Under the pieces are notes generated by a model. That model was given only the letters and a program-made list of their open reading frames with translations. It was not told the DNA's origin and made no database searches. Shown here in pieces: positions 54,193 to 64,000 of a DNA stretch of 64,000 nt (within the stretch, counting starts at the first letter, position 1; every line of letters begins with the position of its first letter). The stretch is taken from positions 12,365 through 76,364 of IMG/VR virus record IMGVR_UViG_2919015088_000005; one strand, given 5' to 3'. The DNA is from a virus. The position numbers were made by a program, and so were the translations under genes.

Positions 54193-56111
54193 GGTGCCTC
54201 TCCCGACAAGGACCGATAACCAACCTTCGGTGTAATGGAAAGCCCTGGTTGACTGGTTTTAGCCGGGTCAACCCGCAACCCCGGCGGAGCGTTCTGAAAA
54301 CGCATCACCAACTCACCGTTGAGCTGCGTTTTGTTCGCCGCTGCCGTCTGCTGGAGCAGCGAGCCTGGGGCCGGTAAGCCGGGCACGCGCAACAACTGAT
54401 TAGGATCCAGTCCCGTTTGGCTCGCATTACGCTGGGCCTGCTGACTGCGCATTGTCTGCGGTGCATTTGCCATCACGAACGCACCTGTACCGCCACCCAC
54501 CCCGGCATTTCGAATGCGTTGCGCCTCAGCCTGCTGCTGGACCTTCGCCGTCAAACCGACACCACCGTCTTCCATGCCAAACAGCTTCAAAATCGGCTGA
54601 ATGTAGGGCTGGATGTCCTCCCACAGCTTCTTGAAAAACTCCGTGATCGGCGTCCAGTTTTTAATGATCAGCGCCATGGGCGTCCAACCAAAAACCGATT
54701 TCATGAAGTCAATGAAGGGCGTGGTGTAGGCCTTGATCAGATCCCACAGTGCAGTGAAAAAAGGCCCAACGGTCTCCCAGTTGGCGACGATCAAGCCCGC
54801 CGCCGCCGCGATTGCTACCGCAATGATGCCGATCGGGGTGGCTGCGAAGGCAACGCCCAATACCCGCACGGCCACGGTGGCAGCAAAAACACCAGCACGC
54901 AGCGCCGTGAACGCGATCCCCGCCACCGCCAGGCCTTTGACTATTTGGGGATTGGCCTGCACCAGTTCTGCGGCTTGGGCAATCATCGGCCGCATGGCAT
55001 CCACTACCGAGTTGATCCCAGGAAGCAATGCGTTACCGAAAGCTCGCGCCACACCATCGACGGTGTTGCGTAGCAACTGCAGGTTGTTTGCCGTTGTCTC
55101 CGCGCGTGATTGGTATTCCTTTTCCATTGAACCGGCGTACTTGGTGGCATCCCCCACCTTCTGCAGGTTGGTGCGCAACAGCTCGACGTTCGTCAGCAAC
55201 GGCGTGATGGCCGCTACCGACTCGCTACCGAAAAGCTCGGTTAACAGAGCTGGACGCTTGGCGGCATCGACCATGGAGATGCGTTTGAGCACATCCAGCA
55301 GCGTTTTTTGAGCATCCTTCTGCATGCCCTCAGCGACGCTTTTCGAGTCCAGGCGCAAAGACTTAAAAGCCTGCGCCTGGCTCTTGGTCGCTGCAGTGCC
55401 TTTGGTCAATGACAGCATGAAATTTTTGATGCCTGTCGCCGCCACATCCTGTTTCACGCCGACGCCGGCCATCGTCGCACCGAGCGCTGCAATCTGAGCG
55501 ACTGACAGACCTGCGACCTCCCCTAACGCACCCACCTCCGTGACGATCGACGACACTTTCTGCGCGCTGGCCGGTCCTGTATTGCCCAGGTAGTTGATTT
55601 GATCAGCCAGGCTGATCGCGCCTTCCTGGGTCATCCTGAATGCGGTTCGCCAAGTGGACATCATCTCGCCGCTTTGCTCAGCGGTTTGGTCGAATGCCAC
55701 CCCCATCTTTACCGCAGCCTCAGCGAACCCCAGCAGCTCTTCACGGGCAAAGCCTGCCTGCCCACCCGCCGCGACAATCTTGGCAATGTCGCCGGCGGCC
55801 ATCGGCAAGCGGTCGGACATTCGACCAATGTCATCCCCCATCTGCTTGAACTGCTGCGGCGTGTCAAAGTTAACCACCTTCCTCACGTCGGCCATCTGCG
55901 ATTCAAAATCAATGGCCGCTCTGGCACCCGCCACAAAGGGCGCAGCCAGCACGCCGCCGGTCACGATGTCGCTGAACCCAATCTTGCCAAGGCCGGTTTT
56001 ATCCAGCCCCTTGCGGAACGCGGCGACGTTTTTACGGGCGCCGGCCAGCATAGGCGAAAGCTTATCCACGCCGGTGATCAGCGCCTTGAGCTGAAACTTA
56101 TCGGCCATCAC
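54189..56111 (-). CDS. Tape measure protein
   Basis: 640 aa; AIDFESQMADVRKV. Confidence 0.9.
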   Translation of the reverse strand: MMADKFQLKALITGVDKLSPMLAGARKNVAAFRKGLDKTGLGKIGFSDIVTGGVLAAPFVAGARAAIDFESQMADVRKVVNFDTPQQFKQMGDDIGRMSDRLPMAAGDIAKIVAAGGQAGFAREELLGFAEAAVKMGVAFDQTAEQSGEMMSTWRTAFRMTQEGAISLADQINYLGNTGPASAQKVSSIVTEVGALGEVAGLSVAQIAALGATMAGVGVKQDVAATGIKNFMLSLTKGTAATKSQAQAFKSLRLDSKSVAEGMQKDAQKTLLDVLKRISMVDAAKRPALLTELFGSESVAAITPLLTNVELLRTNLQKVGDATKYAGSMEKEYQSRAETTANNLQLLRNTVDGVARAFGNALLPGINSVVDAMRPMIAQAAELVQANPQIVKGLAVAGIAFTALRAGVFAATVAVRVLGVAFAATPIGIIAVAIAAAAGLIVANWETVGPFFTALWDLIKAYTTPFIDFMKSVFGWTPMALIIKNWTPITEFFKKLWEDIQPYIQPILKLFGMEDGGVGLTAKVQQQAEAQRIRNAGVGGGTGAFVMANAPQTMRSQQAQRNASQTGLDPNQLLRVPGLPAPGSLLQQTAAANKTQLNGELVMRFQNAPPGLRVDPAKTSQPGLSITPKVGYRSLSGEAP

Positions 56112-56281
56112 TCCCCCTCCAGCACACGGTTGATGCGCTGGGCGTGCGCAATAGACTCAAGAACAACATCGAGCGGCCTGGCCATTACCAGCTCTGGGTC
56201 CGTTTTCCAGAAATAGGCCAGGTCGTAGGCGATGGCGATCAGGCCTTCAAGGTCGCAGATGCCGGCGTCATGAAAAAACCC
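56108..56281 (-). CDS. Tail chaperone -1 frameshift extension
   Basis: G GGT TTT TTC (56272-56281) near the 3' end of the chaperone; the -1 frame is open to 56108. Confidence 0.65.
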   Translation of the reverse strand, partial: GFFHDAGICDLEGLIAIAYDLAYFWKTDPELVMARPLDVVLESIAHAQRINRVLEGE

Positions 56282-56562
56282 GCAATCTGCCAACTGAGGC
56301 TGTTGAGGTCAGCCAGGTCCAACTGGTTGACCGACGACGATGGAATACCCGCGCACACGACGATGTACTTGGCGGCGATATCCAGATCGATAGAGACGGC
56401 TTCGTCCTTGTCAATCTTGTAGGGCAATGCCTTGATGGCCCTGGCTTCCTGCGGCGTCGGCCGGCGAATGGTCAGCTCGCTCAACTGCTCGCCGTGTGCC
56501 TCAATGGGCGCTGACAGCTTCACGACTTCGCTCATCGCCACACTCCCTTGGTGCCGTCCCAT
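56239..56562 (-). CDS. Tail assembly chaperone (Mu gp41-like)
   Basis: VKLSAPIEAHGE..ELTIRRPT...LDLAD. Confidence 0.85.
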   Translation of the reverse strand: MGRHQGSVAMSEVVKLSAPIEAHGEQLSELTIRRPTPQEARAIKALPYKIDKDEAVSIDLDIAAKYIVVCAGIPSSSVNQLDLADLNSLSWQIAGFFMTPASATLKA

Positions 56563-56879
56563 TGAATGTCGATGGTGCCGTCATCGCCCTTCGATACCGG
56601 TTCCCCGATGACGTAGGCGCCTGACAACACGTAGATGCCACCGTTCTTGAACTCCACCGTAATGGTCTGGTCCGTGGCGGTCGTGATTTGCTTAATGGGC
56701 AAGTCAGGGGAATGAACAATGGTGGCTTTCGCATAAGGCACCAGATCCTCTTCCTTGAAATAACCCGGCGCTACGGATTCGCGCTTGACGTCACTCAGCG
56801 GACATTCCACACCACCCGTCGTTGTGAACTGAATACCGTCCGCCTTGATGTAGACGGTGCCGGCGACTTTCTGGCCCAT
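56532..56879 (-). CDS. Tail tube protein (Mu-like)
   Basis: 115 aa directly after the sheath gene. Confidence 0.85.
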   Translation of the reverse strand: MGQKVAGTVYIKADGIQFTTTGGVECPLSDVKRESVAPGYFKEEDLVPYAKATIVHSPDLPIKQITTATDQTITVEFKNGGIYVLSGAYVIGEPVSKGDDGTIDIQWDGTKGVWR

Positions 56880-56933
56880 GGCCTTACTCCTACAAAAAAG
56901 CCCGCACATGGCGGGCCAGGGTTAAACGATCCG

Positions 56934-58430
56934 TCACGCAGCGGCAGCGGCGTACTGCAGGCGGAACTGATACTGCAGCGCGAAGATACGCAGTTGATTG
57001 ATCAGGTCCGGCGGATACAGGACGTTGACCCGGTTGGGGTTGGTCGAGGATCGCGTGACAATCAGGTTTTCGGCAAAAGCATCCGCGTTTTCAACGATGC
57101 CCAACTGCTCAAGCGCGTAGTAACCCGCGATCATCTCGGCGCGGATGACGCTCGGGGTAACGATCGCCTGGCCAGCGCCAAAGCGGGTCCCGTCGTCGGC
57201 CAGCTTGTGACGGCCATACTTGCTGGTCACCCGCGTTTTCAGGAAGTTGATGACGTAGGCCGAGGTGTGCAGCGTCTCGCTGTCCAGGTAAGAATCATCG
57301 TTCTGATCAAACGCATTACGCTGGTAAGTGGTGATTGCCCGTTCGATACGCACCGCACCGCCACCGTAATAAGCCGTGGCAACACCGTGAGTCAGCAGCG
57401 ATTGCCGCTCAAGTAGCAAAAAGCGGGCGCCGGCCGGTGCTGGGTTTACGCCAGTCAGCTCCCCGGTTTGCGTGGGTCGGGCCGGATCAGCGGAAATAAA
57501 CACGGCCTGGCGCGCCGCATAGCCCGCTGCCAGTTTCCAAAATGGATCAGGCACAGAAGCCTCGAACCCGTGAACTGTGACGTGCTGATCGTTACGCGCC
57601 GATCCGAATGCCACCAGGGAACCCAGCGTGCCGCGTTTCGCGGCATACACATGGCCATAGATTTGCTTGGCCCAGCTCCAGCGGCCACTGGAATCGCCCA
57701 TGAAATCCTTCCAGGCATCAAGCGAGGTTGTATCCGACCAGGGCGCACAGATGAACTCGAAGGGCTCATCACCAAGACTCGCTTGAGCAACGGCCACATC
57801 AGGCGACCCAACGCCGCCAGCCATGGCCGCAAGCACCACCGTCAAGCCTGCGGGGGTAGTCTCGCCATTGTTGCGGCCAAGCCGATTGAGCTGCAGCGCA
57901 ATGTCGTTGCCACTGTCACCCGACCACTTACAGGTCAGGGTAACCACACCAGCGACCGCTGCAGCAGTGACCGCCAGGCCAGCAGCATTGATGGCCGCCA
58001 CCAAAGCAGCGGCCGCCACCGTGGGACTGGCACCGGTCGCCACCGTGGCGCGTACACGGGTTCCGCCGATGTACAGGTTGATCACCCCGCCGGCGGTAAC
58101 AGCCCCCGTGATGGTGACCGTGCCAGCGGCCTTGGTGCCCACGCCTTTAACCGGCAAGCACCAAACCTCGCCAGCGGGATCGCTGGAGCGCCAGGTTTCG
58201 TACATCTGTGCCAGCATCGAACCAACGCCACCGATGCTCTTGGCCAGCCCAAGGCTGGAGACCAAGGTCAAGTGTCCGATCTCCTCGGCAACTGAGTCGT
58301 CGTTGACCTGGGCGACGATGAGTCGCGCCATGCTGGACGTCGCGTTATTCGCCTGGCTGTTATCCACTTCGGCGTAGAAAAGCGGCACCCGAATGTCACT
58401 GGGAATATTGTTAAAGCTGACTTCACTCAT
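56934..58430 (-). CDS. Tail sheath protein (Mu gpL-like)
   Basis: FNNIPSDIRVPLFYAE; ERAITTYQRN; PDLINQLRIFA. Confidence 0.95.
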   Translation of the reverse strand: MSEVSFNNIPSDIRVPLFYAEVDNSQANNATSSMARLIVAQVNDDSVAEEIGHLTLVSSLGLAKSIGGVGSMLAQMYETWRSSDPAGEVWCLPVKGVGTKAAGTVTITGAVTAGGVINLYIGGTRVRATVATGASPTVAAAALVAAINAAGLAVTAAAVAGVVTLTCKWSGDSGNDIALQLNRLGRNNGETTPAGLTVVLAAMAGGVGSPDVAVAQASLGDEPFEFICAPWSDTTSLDAWKDFMGDSSGRWSWAKQIYGHVYAAKRGTLGSLVAFGSARNDQHVTVHGFEASVPDPFWKLAAGYAARQAVFISADPARPTQTGELTGVNPAPAGARFLLLERQSLLTHGVATAYYGGGAVRIERAITTYQRNAFDQNDDSYLDSETLHTSAYVINFLKTRVTSKYGRHKLADDGTRFGAGQAIVTPSVIRAEMIAGYYALEQLGIVENADAFAENLIVTRSSTNPNRVNVLYPPDLINQLRIFALQYQFRLQYAAAAA

Positions 58431-58648
58431 TACTCCGCGCTCCCAGGTTCAGCCGCGGCGACATCGGCGGCAAGTTTGGTGGTGGCCTTGGTTTTCGTCG
58501 GTGCCTGTTCAGTGACGTCCTGGTCACTCAAGCGCCGCAACCAATAGGTGTTGCGAGGAACTGCACGGCCTTCGGGCGGCAAATAATCACCGGCCTCCGG
58601 GTCCGGGGTCTTCCGGCCCTCAGCCGGGTACACAGTGATGCGGGACAT
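58430..58648 (-). CDS. DUF2635-like small tail protein
   Basis: VYPAEGRKTPDP...YWLRRLSDQDV. Confidence 0.8.
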   Translation of the reverse strand: MSRITVYPAEGRKTPDPEAGDYLPPEGRAVPRNTYWLRRLSDQDVTEQAPTKTKATTKLAADVAAAEPGSAE

Positions 58649-58659
58649 GAGAAATCCTC

Positions 58660-59253
58660 TTACGGTTGGGGAAGGTCTACGGAAAACTGAGCGTCGATCC
58701 GGCCATCTGGGCCAGGTGTTTGTAGGTTGGGGTCCGAGGGATCGATAAAATCGACATTCACGTCCATGCCCTCAAACGCCGGTAGGCCGTCTAGTTTCCA
58801 TTCCTCCCAGGTTTCAGCAGGCTCGGACGCCCGATTGCGTCCCAGTTGAAACGCGGCCTCAAAGCTGAAGCGGTACACAACACGGGCGCGATTGATGAAG
58901 ATCAAACTTCCGCCGCCGTACGTGATGGGGTCGTACTCGACGCTGGGCTTCCAGCCCACCACCGCTTTCCATAGGCTCGCGCGCAAATCGTGCAGCAGAT
59001 CGGCGGCCTCTTGGCCGCGCTCGTCGGTGCTATCGAGCACCAGGATCACGTCAAACAGGTCGGTAATATCCTGGCGGATGGCGTTGTCCACATCGTTGGC
59101 GGACGCTTCGTCACCTGCCGCTATCACGTAGGCCGAGGGGTGACTCAGCTTGGCGCTACTGGCCACTGCGTCCCAATCGATACCCGCCGATACCCTGTTG
59201 GAAAAGGCAGGACAGTACGCACGCAACTGCGCGACGATCAGACTGATTTTCAT
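58660..59253 (-). CDS. Tail terminator protein
   Basis: Neck position; DLRASLWKAVVGWKP. Confidence 0.7.
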   Translation of the reverse strand: MKISLIVAQLRAYCPAFSNRVSAGIDWDAVASSAKLSHPSAYVIAAGDEASANDVDNAIRQDITDLFDVILVLDSTDERGQEAADLLHDLRASLWKAVVGWKPSVEYDPITYGGGSLIFINRARVVYRFSFEAAFQLGRNRASEPAETWEEWKLDGLPAFEGMDVNVDFIDPSDPNLQTPGPDGRIDAQFSVDLPQP

Positions 59254-59296
59254 CGTGTGTTCCAGGTTTAGAAGTGCCAACAAATACTGGCTTGAG

Positions 59297-59818
59297 TCAG
59301 CTCAGTGCCGCAGCGAAAGCCGCAGAAAGAATGGCTTGCACTTCGGACTTGGAGTCCTGCAGTGCGTCGGCCATGTAGTTGTCGCGGGGCTTAATCCGCC
59401 ATTCACCAGCAGCCCGCGCAGCAAGAGCAGCTGCACGTGCGCCGGCGGCGCGTCGGTTGGATTTCCCCTTGCCTTTACCAGGCGCCAATTTGCCAAGCCG
59501 TGGGCCTTTCTTTACCCCATAGTGCAGGTAGGCCGGATAGAACTCTTCCATCCTGCTTGTCTTATGAGGTGCAACCTTCACCATGAAACCCGCGCGGGAG
59601 ACCTTGAAGGTGATCGACTCCAAGGTCGCCCCGGTACGGTTGACGGGGTACCCCTCCTCTCCGCGAGCGAGAGCAAGATTCATCTGTGCCCTTTGCATCA
59701 CTAAACGCCCGGCCTTACGCATCCCAGCACGAATCTTCCGCTTATCGAAAATATCGCGCGGTAGGTTGTTATAACCCTCAATATGCAAGTAGCCGTCAAT
59801 GGATGCTGAGTTAGCCAT
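59297..59818 (-). CDS. HK97 gp10-like tail completion protein
   Basis: YPAYLHYG...IKPRDNYM. Confidence 0.7.
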   Translation of the reverse strand: MANSASIDGYLHIEGYNNLPRDIFDKRKIRAGMRKAGRLVMQRAQMNLALARGEEGYPVNRTGATLESITFKVSRAGFMVKVAPHKTSRMEEFYPAYLHYGVKKGPRLGKLAPGKGKGKSNRRAAGARAAALAARAAGEWRIKPRDNYMADALQDSKSEVQAILSAAFAAALS

Positions 59819-60173
59819 AGATCCCTCCCCCGGCTTGCTCCGGCCCTAATTCCTCGACCTCAAGCAAGGTAAACCGACGATTGCCATTCATGTCCGCGAC
59901 CCGACGCACTCGATAAATCGTTGCGCCATGCACAACTTCGTGCGACTCGCTCATGCCCTTCAGGAAGTAAAAAGTCACCCGATGTGTGATCTTCGCATCA
60001 GTCTGGACGCCGTTTGCATAAACTGCGGTTCCAACCGGCTCGATCTTTGCCCACCGCATTTTCTGATCGGTAAACACCGAATCTAGCCCCAACCCCCCGG
60101 CGGGTATGTCAGACCGCAATCGCACCAGGATGCGCCGGTCTAACTCGCCGGCACTCGGTTCGCGCATGGCCAT
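59811..60173 (-). CDS. Head closure/head-tail adaptor
   Basis: AGELDRRI...WAKIEP. Confidence 0.8.
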   Translation of the reverse strand: MAMREPSAGELDRRILVRLRSDIPAGGLGLDSVFTDQKMRWAKIEPVGTAVYANGVQTDAKITHRVTFYFLKGMSESHEVVHGATIYRVRRVADMNGNRRFTLLEVEELGPEQAGGGIYG

Positions 60174-60175
60174 AT

Positions 60176-60727
60176 TCAGAACCTCGGAGGAACGGTGATA
60201 TCCGCAACCAGGTGATCAAGGAATGTCGAGGGCAGTTCGGCCAGCGTCTGCGCGACAAGAAATAACTCGGGGTGTCGGTAGATCGTCGCCGCCGCCATCA
60301 ACAACCAGTTGCGCACGCCCGGATGCAGGTCAATATCAAGCGCTGCCTTGTACCTGATACGGAGTCGTCCGGAAGGCCGACCTGCGGGGAAGTGCAGAAA
60401 GCTTTCCCGCTGATCCCGCCGCAGGTCGAAAAGACCGACTTGCTCGACCCAACTGCCACTGGCCTGCTGGGCGAACACCGAAACAATCTCGCTCGCCTGG
60501 CCAACATCCAGCGCATGGCCACTCTGCCGATCCGCTGGCCACTCTTCTTCGTAAACCGCACCACGGATCGCAGCACCCGTTTTCGACTCGCACTGAGCCG
60601 TGACGCCAGGGATGATGATTTGCTCGATCAACTCCGGCGCCATGTCCTCTGGCTCAACCCGACATTGGAACGCTACCTGGGCCAGTGTCAGGACCGGATC
60701 ACCGATGTACCCAATTCGACGGGCCAT
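60176..60727 (-). CDS. Head-tail connector
   Basis: LTLAQVAFQCRVE...WLLMAAATIYRHPE. Confidence 0.8.
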   Translation of the reverse strand: MARRIGYIGDPVLTLAQVAFQCRVEPEDMAPELIEQIIIPGVTAQCESKTGAAIRGAVYEEEWPADRQSGHALDVGQASEIVSVFAQQASGSWVEQVGLFDLRRDQRESFLHFPAGRPSGRLRIRYKAALDIDLHPGVRNWLLMAAATIYRHPELFLVAQTLAELPSTFLDHLVADITVPPRF

Positions 60728-60730
60728 GAC

Positions 60731-61066
60731 CTAAGGCTTCTCATCGGTTTCTTCGGTTTCCTCTTCTTCCTGCTGTTCCGGCGGATTTTCCGGCTGTTCC
60801 TGCTCGGGTGGTTCTTCTTCCTGCTGTTCTTCCGGCTGATCAGTTGCCTGCTGAGCTGCGGGCTTTTGGGCGGCATTCTTCTTGCCGCCGGTTTTCTTAC
60901 CAGTAGGCGGGGTAACGACCTTTTCAGCAGTGGTCTTTTCGACATACAGCTTTGCCCGCCCCGCCTCAACCAATGCATCAGCTGCTGCAGAATCAAACCC
61001 AGCGGTTTCCCCCACGGCGTAGCCACGCCAAGCCTTCTTGAAGGTGACGATTTTCATATCGGTCAT
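60731..61066 (-). CDS. Hypothetical head-associated protein with acidic C-terminus
   Basis: 111 aa after the capsid gene. Confidence 0.6.
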   Translation of the reverse strand: MTDMKIVTFKKAWRGYAVGETAGFDSAAADALVEAGRAKLYVEKTTAEKVVTPPTGKKTGGKKNAAQKPAAQQATDQPEEQQEEEPPEQEQPENPPEQQEEEETEETDEKP

Positions 61067-61117
61067 AGTGTTGCCTGCTCAAGTAGTTGGCCCTGCCTGT
61101 TGGTAGGGCCAGGGGAA

Positions 61118-62428
61118 TTACATACCGGCGCCCCAGGTGATGCCGGTACCCACGGAAATCGACTCGACGTGACGCGGACCGAAGTCGTGTTTACTGATCA
61201 CGCGGATCAGTGTCTGGTCACGCTGGAAGGCGCTGACCGTGTTGCCGGCGGCGTCCTTGTAGGACGCCTCGGTACTGATCGCAATCGCCAGCGTGGTGTC
61301 TTCACCGATGTAGCAATCAGCGAAGTTCACGAAGTAGATCTCGGACTCATTACCGTTGGTGCCTAGGTTGACCGGTACCTGAGTGGTCAAGGCCACTGGA
61401 TAACCCTTCAACATACCGCCGTCGATTTCCGGATAGGCTTTGTTGCCGTTGCCGTCGCGCAACGATTGCAGCCAGCGGATGGTGCGCGGCGCCATGATCC
61501 AGCCGCAACCGGCCAGGTCCACGTTGGCGGATTCAAGGCGCAGCATCATGCCACCCAGGTACAGGTCAACGATCGCCAGCGTTGCACCGGCAGGCGCACC
61601 CATCACGTTTCCAGGTAGGGCCCAGTAGCGCAGGCCTTTCGGAAGCGAGCCGCCACCAGCACTGCGGATGAAGTGAAGGTCTTCCGACAAGCCCATGCTG
61701 ACCGACAGATCGTCGCTGACCTGACCGTCGACACGCGGATTTACACCGGAGTAAGCCAACAAGTCATTGGAAATCGGCACGATCGCAGCGGCCTTCTTGG
61801 CGGAGAGTTTGAGGTCACCGAACTGCATATCAGTGATCGCAATATCTTCCTCGGTGCCCAGGTAGGTCACCTGCGTGTTGCCCAGCACGCGGGGCATGGT
61901 CAGGTTACCGTTGTTCAACGGCAGGCTGACTGCGCCCATCTTGCGCACTACGGACTTGGGCCGCAGCGACTCGATAACACTGGTGCTGAAATTCTCCGGC
62001 ACCAGCACACCGCCGGAGCCAGGGGTTACAGTGGACAGCGCCATGTGTACATCAGCGCCATAACCGCCCGTCTTTGCCATTTCAGCAGCGACTTGCTGAT
62101 TGCCGCCGGCTTGGACCATCAGGCGCACCATTTGCGCCATCGCAATACCGGGCTTAGTTGGTTCAGTTCGTACCTCCACACGACTGGGAGACCCCTTATT
62201 ACCCTGAGCGCTCTCGTCAACAGGCACCGCAGTTTCTGCCGCGATACGTTCGGCGGTTACAGCGCGAGTAATCTTCGCGGTCATTTCGTTGATCTGAGTT
62301 TCCAGTTGCGCAAACTGCGCGAGCTGCTCAGCGGTGAGACTAACGCCGCCGGCCTCGATCTGAGCAAGTGCCTGGACCTGGGCCACCAACTGGGCGCGTT
62401 CGCTACGCATTTGAAGTACAAGGGACAT
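61118..62428 (-). CDS. Major capsid protein (HK97 family)
   Basis: Delta-domain coiled coil; GGVLVPE; FQRDQTLIRVISKHDFG. Confidence 0.95.
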   Translation of the reverse strand: MSLVLQMRSERAQLVAQVQALAQIEAGGVSLTAEQLAQFAQLETQINEMTAKITRAVTAERIAAETAVPVDESAQGNKGSPSRVEVRTEPTKPGIAMAQMVRLMVQAGGNQQVAAEMAKTGGYGADVHMALSTVTPGSGGVLVPENFSTSVIESLRPKSVVRKMGAVSLPLNNGNLTMPRVLGNTQVTYLGTEEDIAITDMQFGDLKLSAKKAAAIVPISNDLLAYSGVNPRVDGQVSDDLSVSMGLSEDLHFIRSAGGGSLPKGLRYWALPGNVMGAPAGATLAIVDLYLGGMMLRLESANVDLAGCGWIMAPRTIRWLQSLRDGNGNKAYPEIDGGMLKGYPVALTTQVPVNLGTNGNESEIYFVNFADCYIGEDTTLAIAISTEASYKDAAGNTVSAFQRDQTLIRVISKHDFGPRHVESISVGTGITWGAGM

Positions 62429-62445
62429 GGTGCCTCCTGGGCATT

Positions 62446-62469
62446 AAAAAACCCGCACAAGGCGGGCTT
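62446..62469 (-). terminator. Terminator-like hairpin between protease and capsid genes
   Basis: CCCGC-loop-GCGGG with a T-run on the minus strand. Confidence 0.45.
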
Positions 62470-62490
62470 CGACGACTGCCGCGAACGCGG

Positions 62491-63435
62491 TCAGATCAGT
62501 GTTTGAAGATTCAGTGCAGCGGCGCGTACCGCAATTCGGCCGCCCTGGCGGTTCGCCCGGCTTACCGCGACAGAATGGGAAAGGTCATCAACGGCCTGCT
62601 GCGGGTTCTGCAGGCGATCGGCCAGGCCAGCGCTGATGCCAGCCTGGCCTCGATACAACCCGGCCTCCGTGGCAATCACCTGTTGAACAGACAGCCCCCG
62701 GTAATCCGACACGGCATTGACGAACAGCTGGTAACTCTCTTGCACAACATCGTTGAGATACGTGAGTGACTGATCACTCAGCGGCTCGTGAGGCGTGAGG
62801 TCGTTTTTATGGGCCCCAGCAAACACGGTGGTCACTTTGACGCCCATGCCCTCCTCCATCTTGGAGCGATCCATGTGACTGGCGATAACCCCGATCGAGC
62901 CGACACCGCTGGTCTGGCTCACCACCAGTTCGCTACAGGCCGAACCGAGCAGGTAGCCGCCGCTGTAGGCCATGAAGTTCACGATGCCGGTGATGGGCTT
63001 CTGCTGGGACATTGCGCGAATATCTGCGGCCAGTTCAAAGGCCCCTACGGCAGAGCCGCCGGGGCTGTCGATGTCCAGCACGATGCGCTCGACCATGGGG
63101 TCAGCCACAGCGTTGCGGATCTGCCCCCGCAGCTGTTCATAGCTGGTCATCGTTTCGCACATGCCGATATGACTGCCGCGACTGACCAACACACCGCTGA
63201 CCGGGATCACCTCAATGCCGGTGCGCGCGATCGCGGTCCGGCGTTCCTCTTCGCGCTGAGCGATGCGGTCCATGCCATCATCCGACCACAAGCCGGGAGC
63301 GCCCTGGGCGCCGATGTTGACGATGTTCAAGCTCATCACCTGGTTGGCCCAGCGCACGCCGAGGTCCAACATGTCAGGCATCACCAACAGCGGCTGATTG
63401 AACAGCAGGCTGGAGGCTCGAAGGTAATTTTTCAT
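62491..63435 (-). CDS. Prohead protease (S49/SppA family)
   Basis: LDIDSPGG, SGGYLLGS, GSIGV. Confidence 0.9.
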   Translation of the reverse strand: MKNYLRASSLLFNQPLLVMPDMLDLGVRWANQVMSLNIVNIGAQGAPGLWSDDGMDRIAQREEERRTAIARTGIEVIPVSGVLVSRGSHIGMCETMTSYEQLRGQIRNAVADPMVERIVLDIDSPGGSAVGAFELAADIRAMSQQKPITGIVNFMAYSGGYLLGSACSELVVSQTSGVGSIGVIASHMDRSKMEEGMGVKVTTVFAGAHKNDLTPHEPLSDQSLTYLNDVVQESYQLFVNAVSDYRGLSVQQVIATEAGLYRGQAGISAGLADRLQNPQQAVDDLSHSVAVSRANRQGGRIAVRAAALNLQTLI

Positions 63436-64000
63436 TGCGCCAGAATCCTCTCAATTTCAGCGTGCTGCATTTCGAGTTGCGCGCGCGCAGCAGGGTTGGT
63501 CAAGTCGCCGCCGCTTTTACCCGCGTCAACCATATTCAGCGGCTGCATGTAGATGTCACCACCAGGTACCGGCGGCATGTTTTCCAAGCGCCGGATGTCA
63601 TTGGCACTCAGCCAACCCCACTGCCGTCCGATGGCATAGGCTTCGTATCGGCTTTTCTGGTCGCCCCGCAGCAACCCGGATAGGTTGAATTCGATGAAGT
63701 AGTTGCGCCGATCGGCAGGCAACAGGAAGTCGCGCATCATCGACTGTTCATGGCGCTTGACCCACGGCAACAACGCGAACACCACGAACTGAATCATCAG
63801 TTGCTCAAGGGTGTTGTAGTTGGATTTCTCCAGGTCGTTGACCATAGGCAACGGGATCTTGTAGATCCTGGCGATATCGGTACCGGTGGTTTTGAGGATC
63901 CCCAGCACCTCGGCGTCGACGTTGTTCATGGAGACGGGTTTGAAGGTCATGCCCTCTTGCAGCAGGGCCACCTTCTTGGCGTTGTCCATGCCGCCGAACT
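63432..64000 (-). CDS. Portal protein (HK97 family), C-terminal part
   Basis: IARIYKIP..MVND...SNYNTLEQ...LLRGD...NDIRRLENMPP. Confidence 0.9.
   Translation of the reverse strand, partial: FGGMDNAKKVALLQEGMTFKPVSMNNVDAEVLGILKTTGTDIARIYKIPLPMVNDLEKSNYNTLEQLMIQFVVFALLPWVKRHEQSMMRDFLLPADRRNYFIEFNLSGLLRGDQKSRYEAYAIGRQWGWLSANDIRRLENMPPVPGGDIYMQPLNMVDAGKSGGDLTNPAARAQLEMQHAEIERILAQ

Larger units (their letters stand above)
45100..64000 (-). mobile_element. Prophage 2 (HK97-type head, Mu-like contractile tail); right end lies outside the window
   Basis: Portal, S49 protease, capsid, neck, sheath/tube, tape measure, Mu gp43-48-like genes, fibre, spike, endolysin and spanins ending at the att fragment. 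Confidence 0.95.

Noticed and set aside
60272-61366. 364-aa + strand ORF
   Set aside because: Antisense to connector and capsid genes; its low-complexity Phe/Leu stretch mirrors the acidic repeat on the coding strand.

Overview
Two temperate myovirus-type prophages lie in tandem, probably in a Pseudomonas chromosome (inferred from the tRNA-Cys fragment and the gene repertoire). They meet at the duplicated 3' half of a tRNA-Cys gene (45053-45099), the att junction. Prophage 1 (1-~45050) is seen from the baseplate to the integrase: contractile tail, head and terminase, holins, four tRNA-like genes, nin/Q region, replication, cro/cI switch with 15-bp operators, an early-left operon (ERF, YqaJ exonuclease), xis-like gene and int. 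Prophage 2 (~45100-64000) shows spanins, endolysin, an SGNH tailspike, a Mu-like tail and an HK97-type head up to a partial portal. The main finding is a complete diversity-generating retroelement (avd, a 105-nt template repeat, reverse transcriptase) in the early-left operon of prophage 1. It has three target genes, one about 6.6 kb away. The variable repeats differ from the template at 16, 11 and 18 adenine positions, with a single non-adenine mismatch across all three. The targets are small C-type-lectin-fold (DUF1566-like) proteins with no signal peptide, located in the early operon rather than among tail or head genes, so the element appears to diversify intracellular binding proteins rather than a host-range fibre. 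Family assignments come from motif recognition and gene order; no database search was run.
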